From the NCBI GenBank assembly GCA_964560885.1, contig CAZLNF010000001.1, positions 1 to 30,707 on the forward strand: a stretch of DNA of 30,707 bases, written 5' to 3'. This stretch comes from an uncultured Actinomyces sp. (GTDB lineage: Bacteria > Actinomycetota > Actinomycetes > S36-B12). Positions within the stretch are counted from its first letter, which is position 1, and each line of letters starts with the position of its first letter. The notes under the pieces are model-generated. The model was not told the DNA's origin. It ran no database searches and saw only the letters and a program-made list of their open reading frames with translations. A program made the position numbers and the translations under genes. Below, piece after piece: positions 19,040-27,819 of the stretch.

Positions 19040-19812
19040 GGCGCTGCTTCCTCACGTGGACCGTGCGCGAGGGTGGACTTCGACAGTTTCTCGCCTGAGG
19101 CATCGATCACGAGTTCATGGTGCACGTAGGTGGCCCGGGCCACGCCCTCAGCCCCGAGCCAGGGAGCGAGGTGGATTTGCGTGGCGCTGGAGGGCAGCAG
19201 GTCTCGTCCCCGCACGATGTGGGTGACGCCCAGATCACGGTCGTCGATCACCGACACGAGTTGGTACGCCGGTAGGTCGTCGCGCCGCCAGACGATGAAG
19301 TCACCCATCTCGGTGTCGAGCGAAACCCGTTCGGCCCCGACGGCCACCACGGTGCCGGGCTCCACGGCCACGCGCAGCGCGGTGCGACCCGGTTCGAGCG
19401 GGAGCTCTCGCTCCCGGCACGCGGCCGCGCACCCTCCTGAAGCGGGGCCGGGTTGCACGGCTCGCGAGCATGCGCAGGCGTAGGCAGGCAAGCCCTGTGC
19501 CAGAGCACGCTGGAGCTCCACGCGATAGATCTCCGTCCTGGCACGCTGGGACCAGTGCGCCTCGAAATCCTCCACATCGCGCGGCCCCACCGTCCACGCG
19601 ATGCCCATGTCGCGAAGGCTCGCGAAGATGTCCTCGGCGTACTCCCTGCGATATCGCGACGCGTCGACGTCATCGATGCGCAGGGCGAGCTCTGCTCCGA
19701 TGTCGGCCGCGAGGTCCGCGGTGCGCCGGAAGTTGAGTCGATTGCCCTCGTGCAGGAATCCACTGGGGGTGGGAGCGATCCTGGTCAGCGGCGCGCGCCT
19801 CAGTGCCGGCAT
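19036..19812 (-). CDS. gluQ: Glutamyl-Q tRNA(Asp) synthetase-like protein (GluRS catalytic domain only)
   Basis: TRIAPTPSGFLHEGN (HIGH-like), LRIDD, YACACSR...C...CR Zn region, PAYQL..VIDD, IVRGRDL, KLSKS; no anticodon-binding domain (258 aa). Confidence 0.78.
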   Translation of the reverse strand: MPALRRAPLTRIAPTPSGFLHEGNRLNFRRTADLAADIGAELALRIDDVDASRYRREYAEDIFASLRDMGIAWTVGPRDVEDFEAHWSQRARTEIYRVELQRALAQGLPAYACACSRAVQPGPASGGCAAACRERELPLEPGRTALRVAVEPGTVVAVGAERVSLDTEMGDFIVWRRDDLPAYQLVSVIDDRDLGVTHIVRGRDLLPSSATQIHLAPWLGAEGVARATYVHHELVIDASGEKLSKSTLAHGPREEAAP

Positions 19813-19832
19813 GGCTCCATCATGCCGCGCCG

Positions 19833-21305
19833 CTAGGCACCTCCGAAGAGGTTACGGATCGGGTCGATGGCGAAGTAGACGAGGAAGGCACCGGACACGA
19901 TCCACATGAGCCAGTTCACGTCGCGTGCCTTGCCCGTGGCGATCTTGATGATGCAGTAACTGACAAAACCCGCCCCGATGCCGTTGACCAGGGAGTAGGT
20001 GAAGGGCATCAGGACGATGGTGAGAAACGCCGGAATCCCGATCGTCAAGTCCGTGAAGTCAATGTGTCGGATCTGGCTCATCATGAGGAATCCCACGACC
20101 ACGAGCGCAGGAGCCGCCGCCTCGTAGGGAATGACCGTGACAATCGGCGAGATGAGCATGGCCACGAGGAAGAGCGCTCCGGTGACCAGAGAGGCGATAC
20201 CGGTGCGCGCACCGTCGCCGATTCCGGAGGCGGACTCGATGTAGGAGGTGTTGCTGGAGGCGGATGCAGCACCACCCGCTGCGGCCGCGATCGAGTCGAC
20301 CACCAGGATGCTCTGGAAGTGGGGGATCTCTCCCTTGTCATCGAGCAGGTTGGCCTCGGTAGCGAGACCGAAGGCGGTGCCCATCGTGTCGAAGAAGTCG
20401 CTCAGGAGCAGCGCGAAGATCGCGAGAAGGGCGGCGACGACGCCGATCGCCTGGAACGAGCCGAAGAGGTTGAACTGCCCGAGGAGTCCCAGATCGGGAG
20501 TGGAGATCCACGTGCTGGGCACGGCGGGCACATTGAGTCCCCAGCCTGTGGGGTTCGCCACCGCACCGTCGGGACCGGTCTTGGGCCCGACTTTGAAGAC
20601 CGTCTCGATGATGATGGCGATCACCGTGGTCGCGAGGATGCCGATGAGGATTGCTCCGCGCACCTTGCGCACCATGAGGATGATCGTGATGACGAGGCCG
20701 AGCACGAAGGTCAGGATCGGCCAGCCCCTGAGTTCACCGAAGACGCCGAAGGAGAGCAGGGGCACTCCCGGCCGGACGATGCCGGCATCGACCAGGCCGA
20801 TGAGCGTGATGAAGAGTCCGATGCCGACGCCGATGGCGTACTTGAGCTGCTCGGGCACCGCCTTGAAGACGGCAGCACGGAATCCTGTGAGGACGAGGAG
20901 CAGGATGAGGACGCCCTCGAGGACGACGATCCCCATCGCATCCGCCCAGGTCATCTGAGGAGCCAGAGTGAAAGCGACCACGGGAATCAGTCCGAGACCT
21001 GCGGCGATGGCGATAGGGAAGCGCCCGAAGATTCCCATGAGAATCGTCATGACCCCGGCGACGAGAGCCACGGACGCCGACACCATGGTGATGGCCTTGA
21101 GGGCATCCTCGGTGCCGCCGACGTAAAGGCCGTTCACGTCCTTGGCCGTGCCGAGGATGAGGGGGGCCAGGACCACGATGTAGGCCATCGTGAAGAACGT
21201 GACGAAGCCACCGCGGATCTCGCGACCGTAGGTGGACCCGCGTGCGGTGAGGGAAAACCAGCGGTCGATGGACGAGACCGGACGCTGCGTGGGGGGAGCG
21301 GACAA
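19833..21305 (-). CDS. NCS2/AzgA-family purine permease
   Basis: EIRGGFVTFFTMAYIV, DFFDTMGT, SSNTSYIESASGIGDGARTG, MPFTYS..NGIGAGF. Start set at TTG 21305, 5 nt after GGAGG. Confidence 0.9.
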   Translation of the reverse strand: MSAPPTQRPVSSIDRWFSLTARGSTYGREIRGGFVTFFTMAYIVVLAPLILGTAKDVNGLYVGGTEDALKAITMVSASVALVAGVMTILMGIFGRFPIAIAAGLGLIPVVAFTLAPQMTWADAMGIVVLEGVLILLLVLTGFRAAVFKAVPEQLKYAIGVGIGLFITLIGLVDAGIVRPGVPLLSFGVFGELRGWPILTFVLGLVITIILMVRKVRGAILIGILATTVIAIIIETVFKVGPKTGPDGAVANPTGWGLNVPAVPSTWISTPDLGLLGQFNLFGSFQAIGVVAALLAIFALLLSDFFDTMGTAFGLATEANLLDDKGEIPHFQSILVVDSIAAAAGGAASASSNTSYIESASGIGDGARTGIASLVTGALFLVAMLISPIVTVIPYEAAAPALVVVGFLMMSQIRHIDFTDLTIGIPAFLTIVLMPFTYSLVNGIGAGFVSYCIIKIATGKARDVNWLMWIVSGAFLVYFAIDPIRNLFGGA

Positions 21306-21425
21306 GGAAACCTCCGAGAGCACGACGACGGAGGCTTGCCGGTCAGGGGAAGGCGCCGCAGGAGCGACGCTGCACGACGAGCCGGGACGGAGGCTAGCCG
21401 CTAGTGGGGCGATCCGTGTGGGAAT

Positions 21426-21439
21426 CGGCACAAGTGCCG
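21426..21439 (-). terminator. Short hairpin right after the MFS stop codon; possible intrinsic terminator without a U-tract
   Basis: Minus strand CGGCA-CTTG-TGCCG begins 1 nt past the TAG at 21441-21443. Only 5-6 bp, so weak. Confidence 0.3.
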
Positions 21440-21440
21440 G

Positions 21441-23054
21441 CTATGGCTGGGTGGCACCTTCTGCATTGCGTGCTGCACGGCGGCGAATCACGAAGAAGAG
21501 CATCGCTGACAGGCTGGTGACGATCCCGGCGACGAGGCCCTGTGCCCTGTAAGCGTCGACATAGGCGACCTGCTCGGCCTCGGCGATCTCGTTGACCTCA
21601 TCGAGGGGGATGCCGTACTGGTCGGAGACATCCTGCGGGTCCGCGCCGTAGAGGAGATCCCATCCCGCGTTGCTCACCTGCGCGGGAGGGAGTCCCGCAG
21701 CATCGAGCTGCGTATTGAGAGAGGCGAATCCCACGGTGGTGGTCACGAAGGTCATCACCGTGATCCCCAAAGCGATACCGATGTTGCCGGCCGCGCTCCG
21801 GTAGGCGGATGTGTCCCCCTCGTCGCCCTTGCGTGACAGGTCCATGACCGCGTTGGTCATGGTGATCACAGCCCCGAGCGATGCGAAACCGTAGAGCGAT
21901 ACGACGATGACCGGGAAGACGACCGGGGTGCCGAACTGAAGGGCGGTGGAGAGGAAGAGGGTGAGTGCCATGAGGCCGAGAGTCACGGTCCCCGTGTACG
22001 TGATGCCCTTGCGCTGCAGGACGCGCCGCACGACCACCGCGCTGACGATGCCGGCTACCTGAGCGGGGGCCATGAGAACGGCTGCACCGAGAGCCGAATA
22101 CCCGTAGACGACCTGGAAGAGCGTTGTTGAGTAGTAGAAGAGATTGACGAAACCCATGAGGACCACCACGAGAAGCAGCAGCAGGAGGCCGCCGTGCTTG
22201 AGGGGTCCGAGCGAGAGCGTTGGGTTCGGCAGGCGCCGGTAGAGGATGACGAGAGTCACGATGGCGCCCGCAGTCACCGAGAGCTCGACCAGGAACTGTG
22301 CCGTGACGCCATCCTGCCGCACGGTCCCGAAGAGCTGCACGAACATCGCCAGGGCAAGTCCGGCGAGCGCCGGCGTCAGCATCTCGCCTCGTGCGCGCTC
22401 GCGAGGCACGTCCCGCGGGAACAGGCGCCGCGCTGCGAAGAACGCTGCGACGCCGCCGAGGATCCAGAGGGCGGAGACAAGACGCCAACCGAGGCCGGAG
22501 ACCAGGACGCCTGCGAGCACGGGTATGACCAGGTAGGCCATCGGCTGCACAGCGGAAACGGCAGAGAACGCGGTCGCACGGCCCGAACGGTCTCGGATGG
22601 AGACCGTGACGTAGGCGATGCCGACGACCGCGATGGTCGCCTTGGCGACGTTAGCGAGCAGCAAGCCCGCGCTCGCTACGGCGATATCGGGGGACAAGGT
22701 GACAATGAGCGAACCGATCGTGAACGCCACCGCGGACGCCACCAGGACGCGACGCTCACCGAGCCGCTCGCCAAGAACGCCGGCGAGGAACACGACAAGC
22801 AGGGAGCCGATACTCGATATCTGCCGCATGAGAGCCGATTGCTCGTCGGTGGCGCCGAGGTCGCTCACCATGTCGTTGAGCATGTAGTTGAAGCTGGCGC
22901 CAAGGGTCAGTATGCCGATGAGAACGATCGACGCTCCGAGCACAATCCGCCGTTGCTCGTCCGTCAAGGTGTCCAGTTTGGTTGATCGGCCGCGCACGGT
23001 CCCAGCGTAGGGAGACGGTGAGGGCGAGGCGTTGGTGGCCGCTGAAGGCGTCAC
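21441..23054 (-). CDS. MFS transporter (DHA2-like, ~14 TM)
   Basis: Motif-A-like GVLGERLGERRVL, many hydrophobic segments, and a large loop before the last TM. Exact start uncertain. Confidence 0.82.
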   Translation of the reverse strand: MTPSAATNASPSPSPYAGTVRGRSTKLDTLTDEQRRIVLGASIVLIGILTLGASFNYMLNDMVSDLGATDEQSALMRQISSIGSLLVVFLAGVLGERLGERRVLVASAVAFTIGSLIVTLSPDIAVASAGLLLANVAKATIAVVGIAYVTVSIRDRSGRATAFSAVSAVQPMAYLVIPVLAGVLVSGLGWRLVSALWILGGVAAFFAARRLFPRDVPRERARGEMLTPALAGLALAMFVQLFGTVRQDGVTAQFLVELSVTAGAIVTLVILYRRLPNPTLSLGPLKHGGLLLLLLVVVLMGFVNLFYYSTTLFQVVYGYSALGAAVLMAPAQVAGIVSAVVVRRVLQRKGITYTGTVTLGLMALTLFLSTALQFGTPVVFPVIVVSLYGFASLGAVITMTNAVMDLSRKGDEGDTSAYRSAAGNIGIALGITVMTFVTTTVGFASLNTQLDAAGLPPAQVSNAGWDLLYGADPQDVSDQYGIPLDEVNEIAEAEQVAYVDAYRAQGLVAGIVTSLSAMLFFVIRRRAARNAEGATQP

Positions 23055-23089
23055 CGCGGCGGCATGTGTGCCGCACGGGTACCTCTGAG

Positions 23090-23174
23090 TGTCCGAGGGG
23101 GGACTTGAACCCCCATGCCCTTTTGGGGCACTAGCACCTCAAGCTAGCGCGTCTGCCAATTCCGCCACCCGGAC
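23090..23174 (-). tRNA. tRNA-Leu(GAG), class II with long variable arm; CCA not encoded
   Basis: GTCCGGG-TG-GCGGAATTGGCAGACGC-G-CTAGC-TTGAGGT-GCTAG-TGCCCCAAAAGGGCA-T-GGGGG-TTCAAGT-CCCCC-CTCGGAC-A. All stems pair; the anticodon GAG is at 23140-23138. Confidence 0.97.
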
Positions 23175-23280
23175 GTGGTGGGTGATCAGATCATGTGGGG
23201 ACACGACCGGATCGCCGACGGCGAGGATAACAACAGGCCAAGTCCGGCCTTCACCTGCCTCCACGGTGCAGGATGGGGCC

Positions 23281-24618
23281 GTGGACACAGAGGCGGCCGG
23301 CGCTAGCCCGGAGGCGGTCGCCGCCCAGGCGGAGGTCATCGACATCCTGCGGGACCTGATCCGGATCGACACGACCAACGATGGCACCGATGCGGGACCC
23401 GGCGAGGCTGCCGCCGCCGAGTACGTCGAATCGGCCCTGCGCGAGGCGGGCCTCGAGGTGGAGCGCTTCAGCACGACGTCATCGCGTCGGCAGGGCGTGG
23501 TCGCGCGGCTCCCGGGCACGGACTCTTCGCGGCCCCGCCTGCTGCTGCACGGCCACCTCGATGTCGTGCCGGCACGAGCCTCCGACTGGTCCGTGCCACC
23601 CTTCGCGGCCGAAGTGCACGACGGGATGGTGTGGGGCCGCGGCGCCGTCGACATGAAGGACATGGACGCCATGCTCATCGCGTTGGCACGCTCCTGGAGC
23701 CGCTCAGGCATGCGCGCCGCCCGCGACCTGGTCTTCCTCTTCATCCCGGACGAGGAGGCAGGTGGTCAGCATGGATCTCACTGGATCGTCGATCACCGGC
23801 CCGACATCCTCGAGGGTGTCAGCGAGGGCGTGAGCGAGGTCGGCGGCTTCTCCCTCACCCTGCCCGACGACCGTCGGCTCTACCTGATCCAGACAGCCGA
23901 GAAGGGCATCGCCTGGATGCGCCTGGTCGCGGAGGGCAGGGCCGGACATGGGTCGGCACTCACGGATGACAACGCAGTGACAGAGGTGGCGGCGGCGGTC
24001 ACGCGCGTCGGGCAGCACCGATGGCCGGTGCACCTCTCCCCAACAGCGCGGCACATGGTGGACGCCATCAGCGAGGCGTACGGGCTTGACCTGGACCTGC
24101 ATGACCCCGTGGAGCTTGCGCGCCAGCTCGGGCCCGTTGCCCGCTTCATCGGCGCGGGCACCCGCAACACCACGAACCCGACGATGCTCGACGCGGGCTA
24201 CAAGGCCAACGTCATCCCCGGGGAAGCCTCGGCCGTCGTCGACGGTCGCTACGTGCCGGGCGATGAGGATTACTTCTTCGCCGAGGTGGATCGCCTCCTC
24301 GGTCCGACCGTGCGCCGGGAATTCATCAACCACGATGTGGCGCTCGAGTCCGACTACGACGTCCCGCTTGTGGATGCCATGAGGGCCGCGATCGAGGCAG
24401 AGGATCCGGGCTCCGCGGTCGCGCCCTATCTGCTCTCCGCCGGGACCGACGCCAAGGCCTTCTCCCGACTGGGTGTCGAGGGTTACGGCTTCTCCCCGTT
24501 GCGCCTGCCGCCCGATCTCGACTTCACGGCACTCTTCCACGGCGTAGACGAGCGGGTCCCCGTGGACTCCGTGACCTTCGGTGTGCGCGCCCTCGATCGA
24601 TTCCTGCGCCTGGCCTAG
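23281..24618 (+). CDS. M20/M25/M40 family metallo-hydrolase
   Basis: LLLHGHLDVVPA, WGRGAVDMK, PDEEAGG, EVGGF, GHGS, GTDAK, FHGVDER. GTG 23281 lies 6 nt after CAGGAT. Confidence 0.92.
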   Translation: MDTEAAGASPEAVAAQAEVIDILRDLIRIDTTNDGTDAGPGEAAAAEYVESALREAGLEVERFSTTSSRRQGVVARLPGTDSSRPRLLLHGHLDVVPARASDWSVPPFAAEVHDGMVWGRGAVDMKDMDAMLIALARSWSRSGMRAARDLVFLFIPDEEAGGQHGSHWIVDHRPDILEGVSEGVSEVGGFSLTLPDDRRLYLIQTAEKGIAWMRLVAEGRAGHGSALTDDNAVTEVAAAVTRVGQHRWPVHLSPTARHMVDAISEAYGLDLDLHDPVELARQLGPVARFIGAGTRNTTNPTMLDAGYKANVIPGEASAVVDGRYVPGDEDYFFAEVDRLLGPTVRREFINHDVALESDYDVPLVDAMRAAIEAEDPGSAVAPYLLSAGTDAKAFSRLGVEGYGFSPLRLPPDLDFTALFHGVDERVPVDSVTFGVRALDRFLRLA

Positions 24619-24620
24619 CT

Positions 24621-24836
24621 TCAGGCGGTCCGCTGTACGTGCATCACCCTGCGGCGTAGCCACACGCGACGCCGGCCATCCGGATAGACGCGCAGCCGCG
24701 CGAGCTCCCAGTGGCCGTACTCGGCGTACTCGGTGAGCATGCTGCGCGCGACGTCGCGCGAGGTCTCTCGAGGCATCGCGAACTCGCGGTACTCGTAGGT
24801 GCCTCGTCCAAGGGAGCCACCGTGCTTGGGCGTCAT
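24621..24836 (-). CDS. DUF5703 family protein
   Basis: YEYR...LTEYAEYGHWELARLRVYPDGRRRVWLRRR; SD GAGGAGG upstream. Confidence 0.85.
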   Translation of the reverse strand: MTPKHGGSLGRGTYEYREFAMPRETSRDVARSMLTEYAEYGHWELARLRVYPDGRRRVWLRRRVMHVQRTA

Positions 24837-24850
24837 CGCTGACCTCCTCC

Positions 24851-25807
24851 TCAGGGGGAGTCCGATCCGTGCAGACCATCATGACCGACCTGGGCTGCCT
24901 GCACGGCGACTTCATCCAGGGCATGGCGGATTTCGTCAGGCATCGCGACATCCGCACCGGCCAGGGCCGCGCGCCATTGGTGGACTGTCCGCGCACCGAC
25001 CAGGGTCGCGGCAACTCCGGGCCGATCCCGGATCCATGCGAGTGCGAGGGCCCCCGGTGAGGTGCCGAGGCCTTCAGCAGCGGCGCAGAGACCATCGACC
25101 ACAGGACGAGCCCACGCGGCGCGATACAGATGCAGGCGTGCCGCGTGACGCTCACCGGCACCGCGCGAATCCGGGGGAGTGGCGTGGCGGTACTTGCCCG
25201 TGAGCACACCGCCTGCCAGAGGCCATGCGGCGAGGACACCTGCCCCCACAGCACGCGCGACATCGGCCGTCTCAGCGCCCTGGACGGCATCGAGGAGCGA
25301 GTAGGGCGTGGTCACCGCCGCGAGTGCCGGGCGATCGGGATGCATCGCGAGGCCCCCGCCGATCAGGGCGGCCTGCCATGCGGAGGTCGGGCACATGCCG
25401 ACGTAGCGCGCACGACCCGTCGCGACAGCCGCTGCGAGTGCCGAGACAAGTTCCGGCCACGGGAGAGCGGGGTCCCAGGCATCGACGGTCCAGAGGTCGG
25501 CATGGCCGATGCCGAGCGCGGAGATCACGTCGTCCAGATCGGCGAGGAGGTCGCGCTGGCTGCCCGTCATGGGGATGCGCACCGCGACGAAGGCCTCCCG
25601 GCGCATCCCGGCGTCCGCGAGGGCGTCGCGGGCGAACGCGCTGCCCGTGGCCTCCGACGAGACATCGATGAGGTTGCCCCCGGCCTCGAGAAGCATGCGC
25701 ACCTGCTCGCGGGCCTCAGCGTGGTCAGTGCCACGGCCCCAGGTGGAGGTGCCCAGGCCGACCACGCCGACGCTTCCGCCGGTCGCTCCGAGTCTGCGAC
25801 GCTCCAC
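24851..25807 (-). CDS. Aldo/keto reductase family protein with an apparently degenerate active site
   Basis: MERRRLGATG..V..VGLGT.TWG, YSLL, PLAGGVLTGKYR...PPDSRG, ALAWIRDRPGV...VGAR match the AKR normally found at this locus. Confidence 0.85.
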   Translation of the reverse strand: MERRRLGATGGSVGVVGLGTSTWGRGTDHAEAREQVRMLLEAGGNLIDVSSEATGSAFARDALADAGMRREAFVAVRIPMTGSQRDLLADLDDVISALGIGHADLWTVDAWDPALPWPELVSALAAAVATGRARYVGMCPTSAWQAALIGGGLAMHPDRPALAAVTTPYSLLDAVQGAETADVARAVGAGVLAAWPLAGGVLTGKYRHATPPDSRGAGERHAARLHLYRAAWARPVVDGLCAAAEGLGTSPGALALAWIRDRPGVAATLVGARTVHQWRAALAGADVAMPDEIRHALDEVAVQAAQVGHDGLHGSDSP

Positions 25808-25813
25808 GTGGGC

Positions 25814-25819
25814 AACCTA
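25814..25819 (-). promoter_or_regulatory. Putative -10 element (TAGGTT) for the leaderless AKR gene
   Basis: 6 nt upstream of GTG 25807. Confidence 0.5.
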
Positions 25820-25904
25820 GCCACGTACGGGGGCAGATAGGCTCGCCCGACACGCGCGGAGGCCACCGGGTCGCGGATGGCGCGTACAGGATTCGGGAGG
25901 GCAC

Positions 25905-26957
25905 ATGCGCCTCGGACTCAACCTCGGCTACTGGGGCGCGGGCAATGACGCCGACAACCTCGCCCTCGCGCGTGAAGCGGATCGCTGCGGCTACGCGGTG
26001 ACCTGGGCCGCAGAGGCCTATGGATCGGACGCCGCCACGGTGCTGGCCTGGGTGGCCGCACAGACCGAGCGCATCGACGTGGGATCGGCGATCTTCCAGA
26101 TCCCCGGCCGCACCCCGGCCAACACCGCCATGACTGCCGCCACCCTGGACACTCTTTCCGGCGGTCGATTCCGCCTGGGTCTGGGGGTCTCGGGGCCGCA
26201 GGTGTCCGAGGGCTGGCACGGAGTCCGCTTCGACAAGCCCCTCGCTCGCACTCGCGAGTACGTCGCCATCGTCCGCAAGGCGCTGGCGCGCGAGCGCCTC
26301 ACCTTCGATGGCGAGTTCTTCACGCTGCCCCTGCCCGACGGGCCCGGCAAGGCACTCACGTTGACGGTCCATCCCGTCCGTGAGCGCATTCCCATCTATC
26401 TCGCTGCGGTCGGCCCTCGCAATCTCGAGCTCGCGGGGGAGATCGCCGATGGATGGTTGGCGATCTTCTTCGATCCTGACAATGCGGACGAGAACCTTGA
26501 TCACATCCGCGCGGGCCGCGAGAAGGCGGGCCTCAGCATGGACGGCTTCGATGTCGTCCCCACAGTGCCGGTCATCATCGGCGATGACATTGAAGCCTGT
26601 GCCGAGCCCGTGCGCGCCTATTGCGCGCTCTACATCGGGGGCATGGGTTCGCGGGAGAAGAACTTCTATAACGCACTCGCCGTGCGCATGGGATTCGGCG
26701 ACGCCGCGGCGCAGATTCAAGATCTCTACCTAGCCCGGGACTACGCCGGCGCCGCAGCAGCCGTGCCCCTGGAGTTCATCCAGCGGACATCGCTCATCGG
26801 CCCGCCCGACGTGATCGTCGAGCGGCTTAAGTCCTACGCGGCGGCGGGCGTGACGACGCTGTCCATCGCCAGCTACTCGGGGACCCTCGACGACCGTCTC
26901 GAGACCGTGCGCACCATGCCGCAGCTCCTTGCTCAGGCCGGACTCGCGGAGGCCTAG
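25905..26957 (+). CDS. LLM class F420-dependent oxidoreductase
   Basis: MRLGLNLGYWG, AEAYGSDA, GRFRLGLGVSGPQVSEGWHG, IYLAAVGPRN; SD GGAGGG. Confidence 0.9.
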   Translation: MRLGLNLGYWGAGNDADNLALAREADRCGYAVTWAAEAYGSDAATVLAWVAAQTERIDVGSAIFQIPGRTPANTAMTAATLDTLSGGRFRLGLGVSGPQVSEGWHGVRFDKPLARTREYVAIVRKALARERLTFDGEFFTLPLPDGPGKALTLTVHPVRERIPIYLAAVGPRNLELAGEIADGWLAIFFDPDNADENLDHIRAGREKAGLSMDGFDVVPTVPVIIGDDIEACAEPVRAYCALYIGGMGSREKNFYNALAVRMGFGDAAAQIQDLYLARDYAGAAAAVPLEFIQRTSLIGPPDVIVERLKSYAAAGVTTLSIASYSGTLDDRLETVRTMPQLLAQAGLAEA

Positions 26958-26994
26958 CAGCGATGCGATCAACGACGTCGTCGCGGCGAGCGTC

Positions 26995-27816
26995 ATGACG
27001 TGGTTCGAGGCGGTCGTGCTCGGGGTCATCCAGGGGCTCACGGAGTTCCTGCCCATCTCCTCGAGCGCCCACATCCTGGTCCTGTCGCGGATCTTCGGCT
27101 GGGGAGATCCCGGGGCCGCCTTCACCGCCGTCACCCAGATCGGCACGGAGGCGGCCGTGCTCATCTACTTCCGCCATGACATTGCCCGCATCCTGAGGGC
27201 CTGGTGGCGCAGCCTCTTCCACTCCGAGGCGCGCGGCAATGTGGATGCACGACTGGGGTGGTACGTCATCCTGGGGACCATCCCCATCGTGGTCCTCGGA
27301 CTCACCTTCACCGAGCAGATCGAGACGGTGGCCCGCAATCTGTGGATCACCGCTGTCATGCTGGCGGTGTTCGGAATCCTGCTGGGCCTCGCCGATCGCT
27401 TTGGCCGCAAGGAGCGGGAGATCAGCGACATGCGCACGCGCGATGCCATCGGCCTGGGCCTGGCACAGGCGCTCGCGCTCATTCCCGGCGTATCTCGGTC
27501 GGGAGCGACGATCACGATGGGGCTCACCCTCGGGTACACCCGCGAGGCCGCCACCCGGTACGCCTTCCTCCTGGCGATCCCGGCCGTGCTGGGTTCCGGC
27601 TTCTATGAAGCGACGCGCATCGGCGACGACCCCCAGGTCGCGTGGGGACAGACCATCGTCGCGACCGTCATCGCCTTCGGCGTCGGCTATGCCGTCATCG
27701 CGTGGTTGCTGCGCTACCTGCGGACCGGCTCCTATCTGCCCTTCGTGGCCTACCGACTCGCACTGGCCGCGCTCATCGTGGCCCTGCTCGTCACGGGCAC
27801 GATCACGGCCACCTGA
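26995..27816 (+). CDS. uppP: Undecaprenyl-diphosphate phosphatase
   Basis: LGVIQGLTEFLPISSSAH, QIGT, AQALALIPGVSRSGATIT, FVAYR. Confidence 0.95.
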   Translation: MTWFEAVVLGVIQGLTEFLPISSSAHILVLSRIFGWGDPGAAFTAVTQIGTEAAVLIYFRHDIARILRAWWRSLFHSEARGNVDARLGWYVILGTIPIVVLGLTFTEQIETVARNLWITAVMLAVFGILLGLADRFGRKEREISDMRTRDAIGLGLAQALALIPGVSRSGATITMGLTLGYTREAATRYAFLLAIPAVLGSGFYEATRIGDDPQVAWGQTIVATVIAFGVGYAVIAWLLRYLRTGSYLPFVAYRLALAALIVALLVTGTITAT

Positions 27817-27819
27817 GCA

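Noticed and set aside
19803-21404. 533-aa plus-strand ORF antisense to the NCS2 permease
   Set aside because: It is codon-aligned with the real gene. In high-GC genes the codons CTA/TTA/TCA are rare, so the antisense frame lacks stops. No recognisable motifs.
23089-23280. ORF-track start of the M20 gene at 23089
   Set aside because: It overlaps the tRNA-Leu on the opposite strand; GTG 23281 has a promoter-like hexamer and the homology begins there.
26202-26212. 11-nt match (GTGTCCGAGGG) to the tRNA-Leu 3' end (23089-23099), a possible att repeat
   Set aside because: It lies inside the conserved QVSEGW codons of the LLM gene, is on the wrong side for a 3'-end integration, and is short enough to arise by chance.
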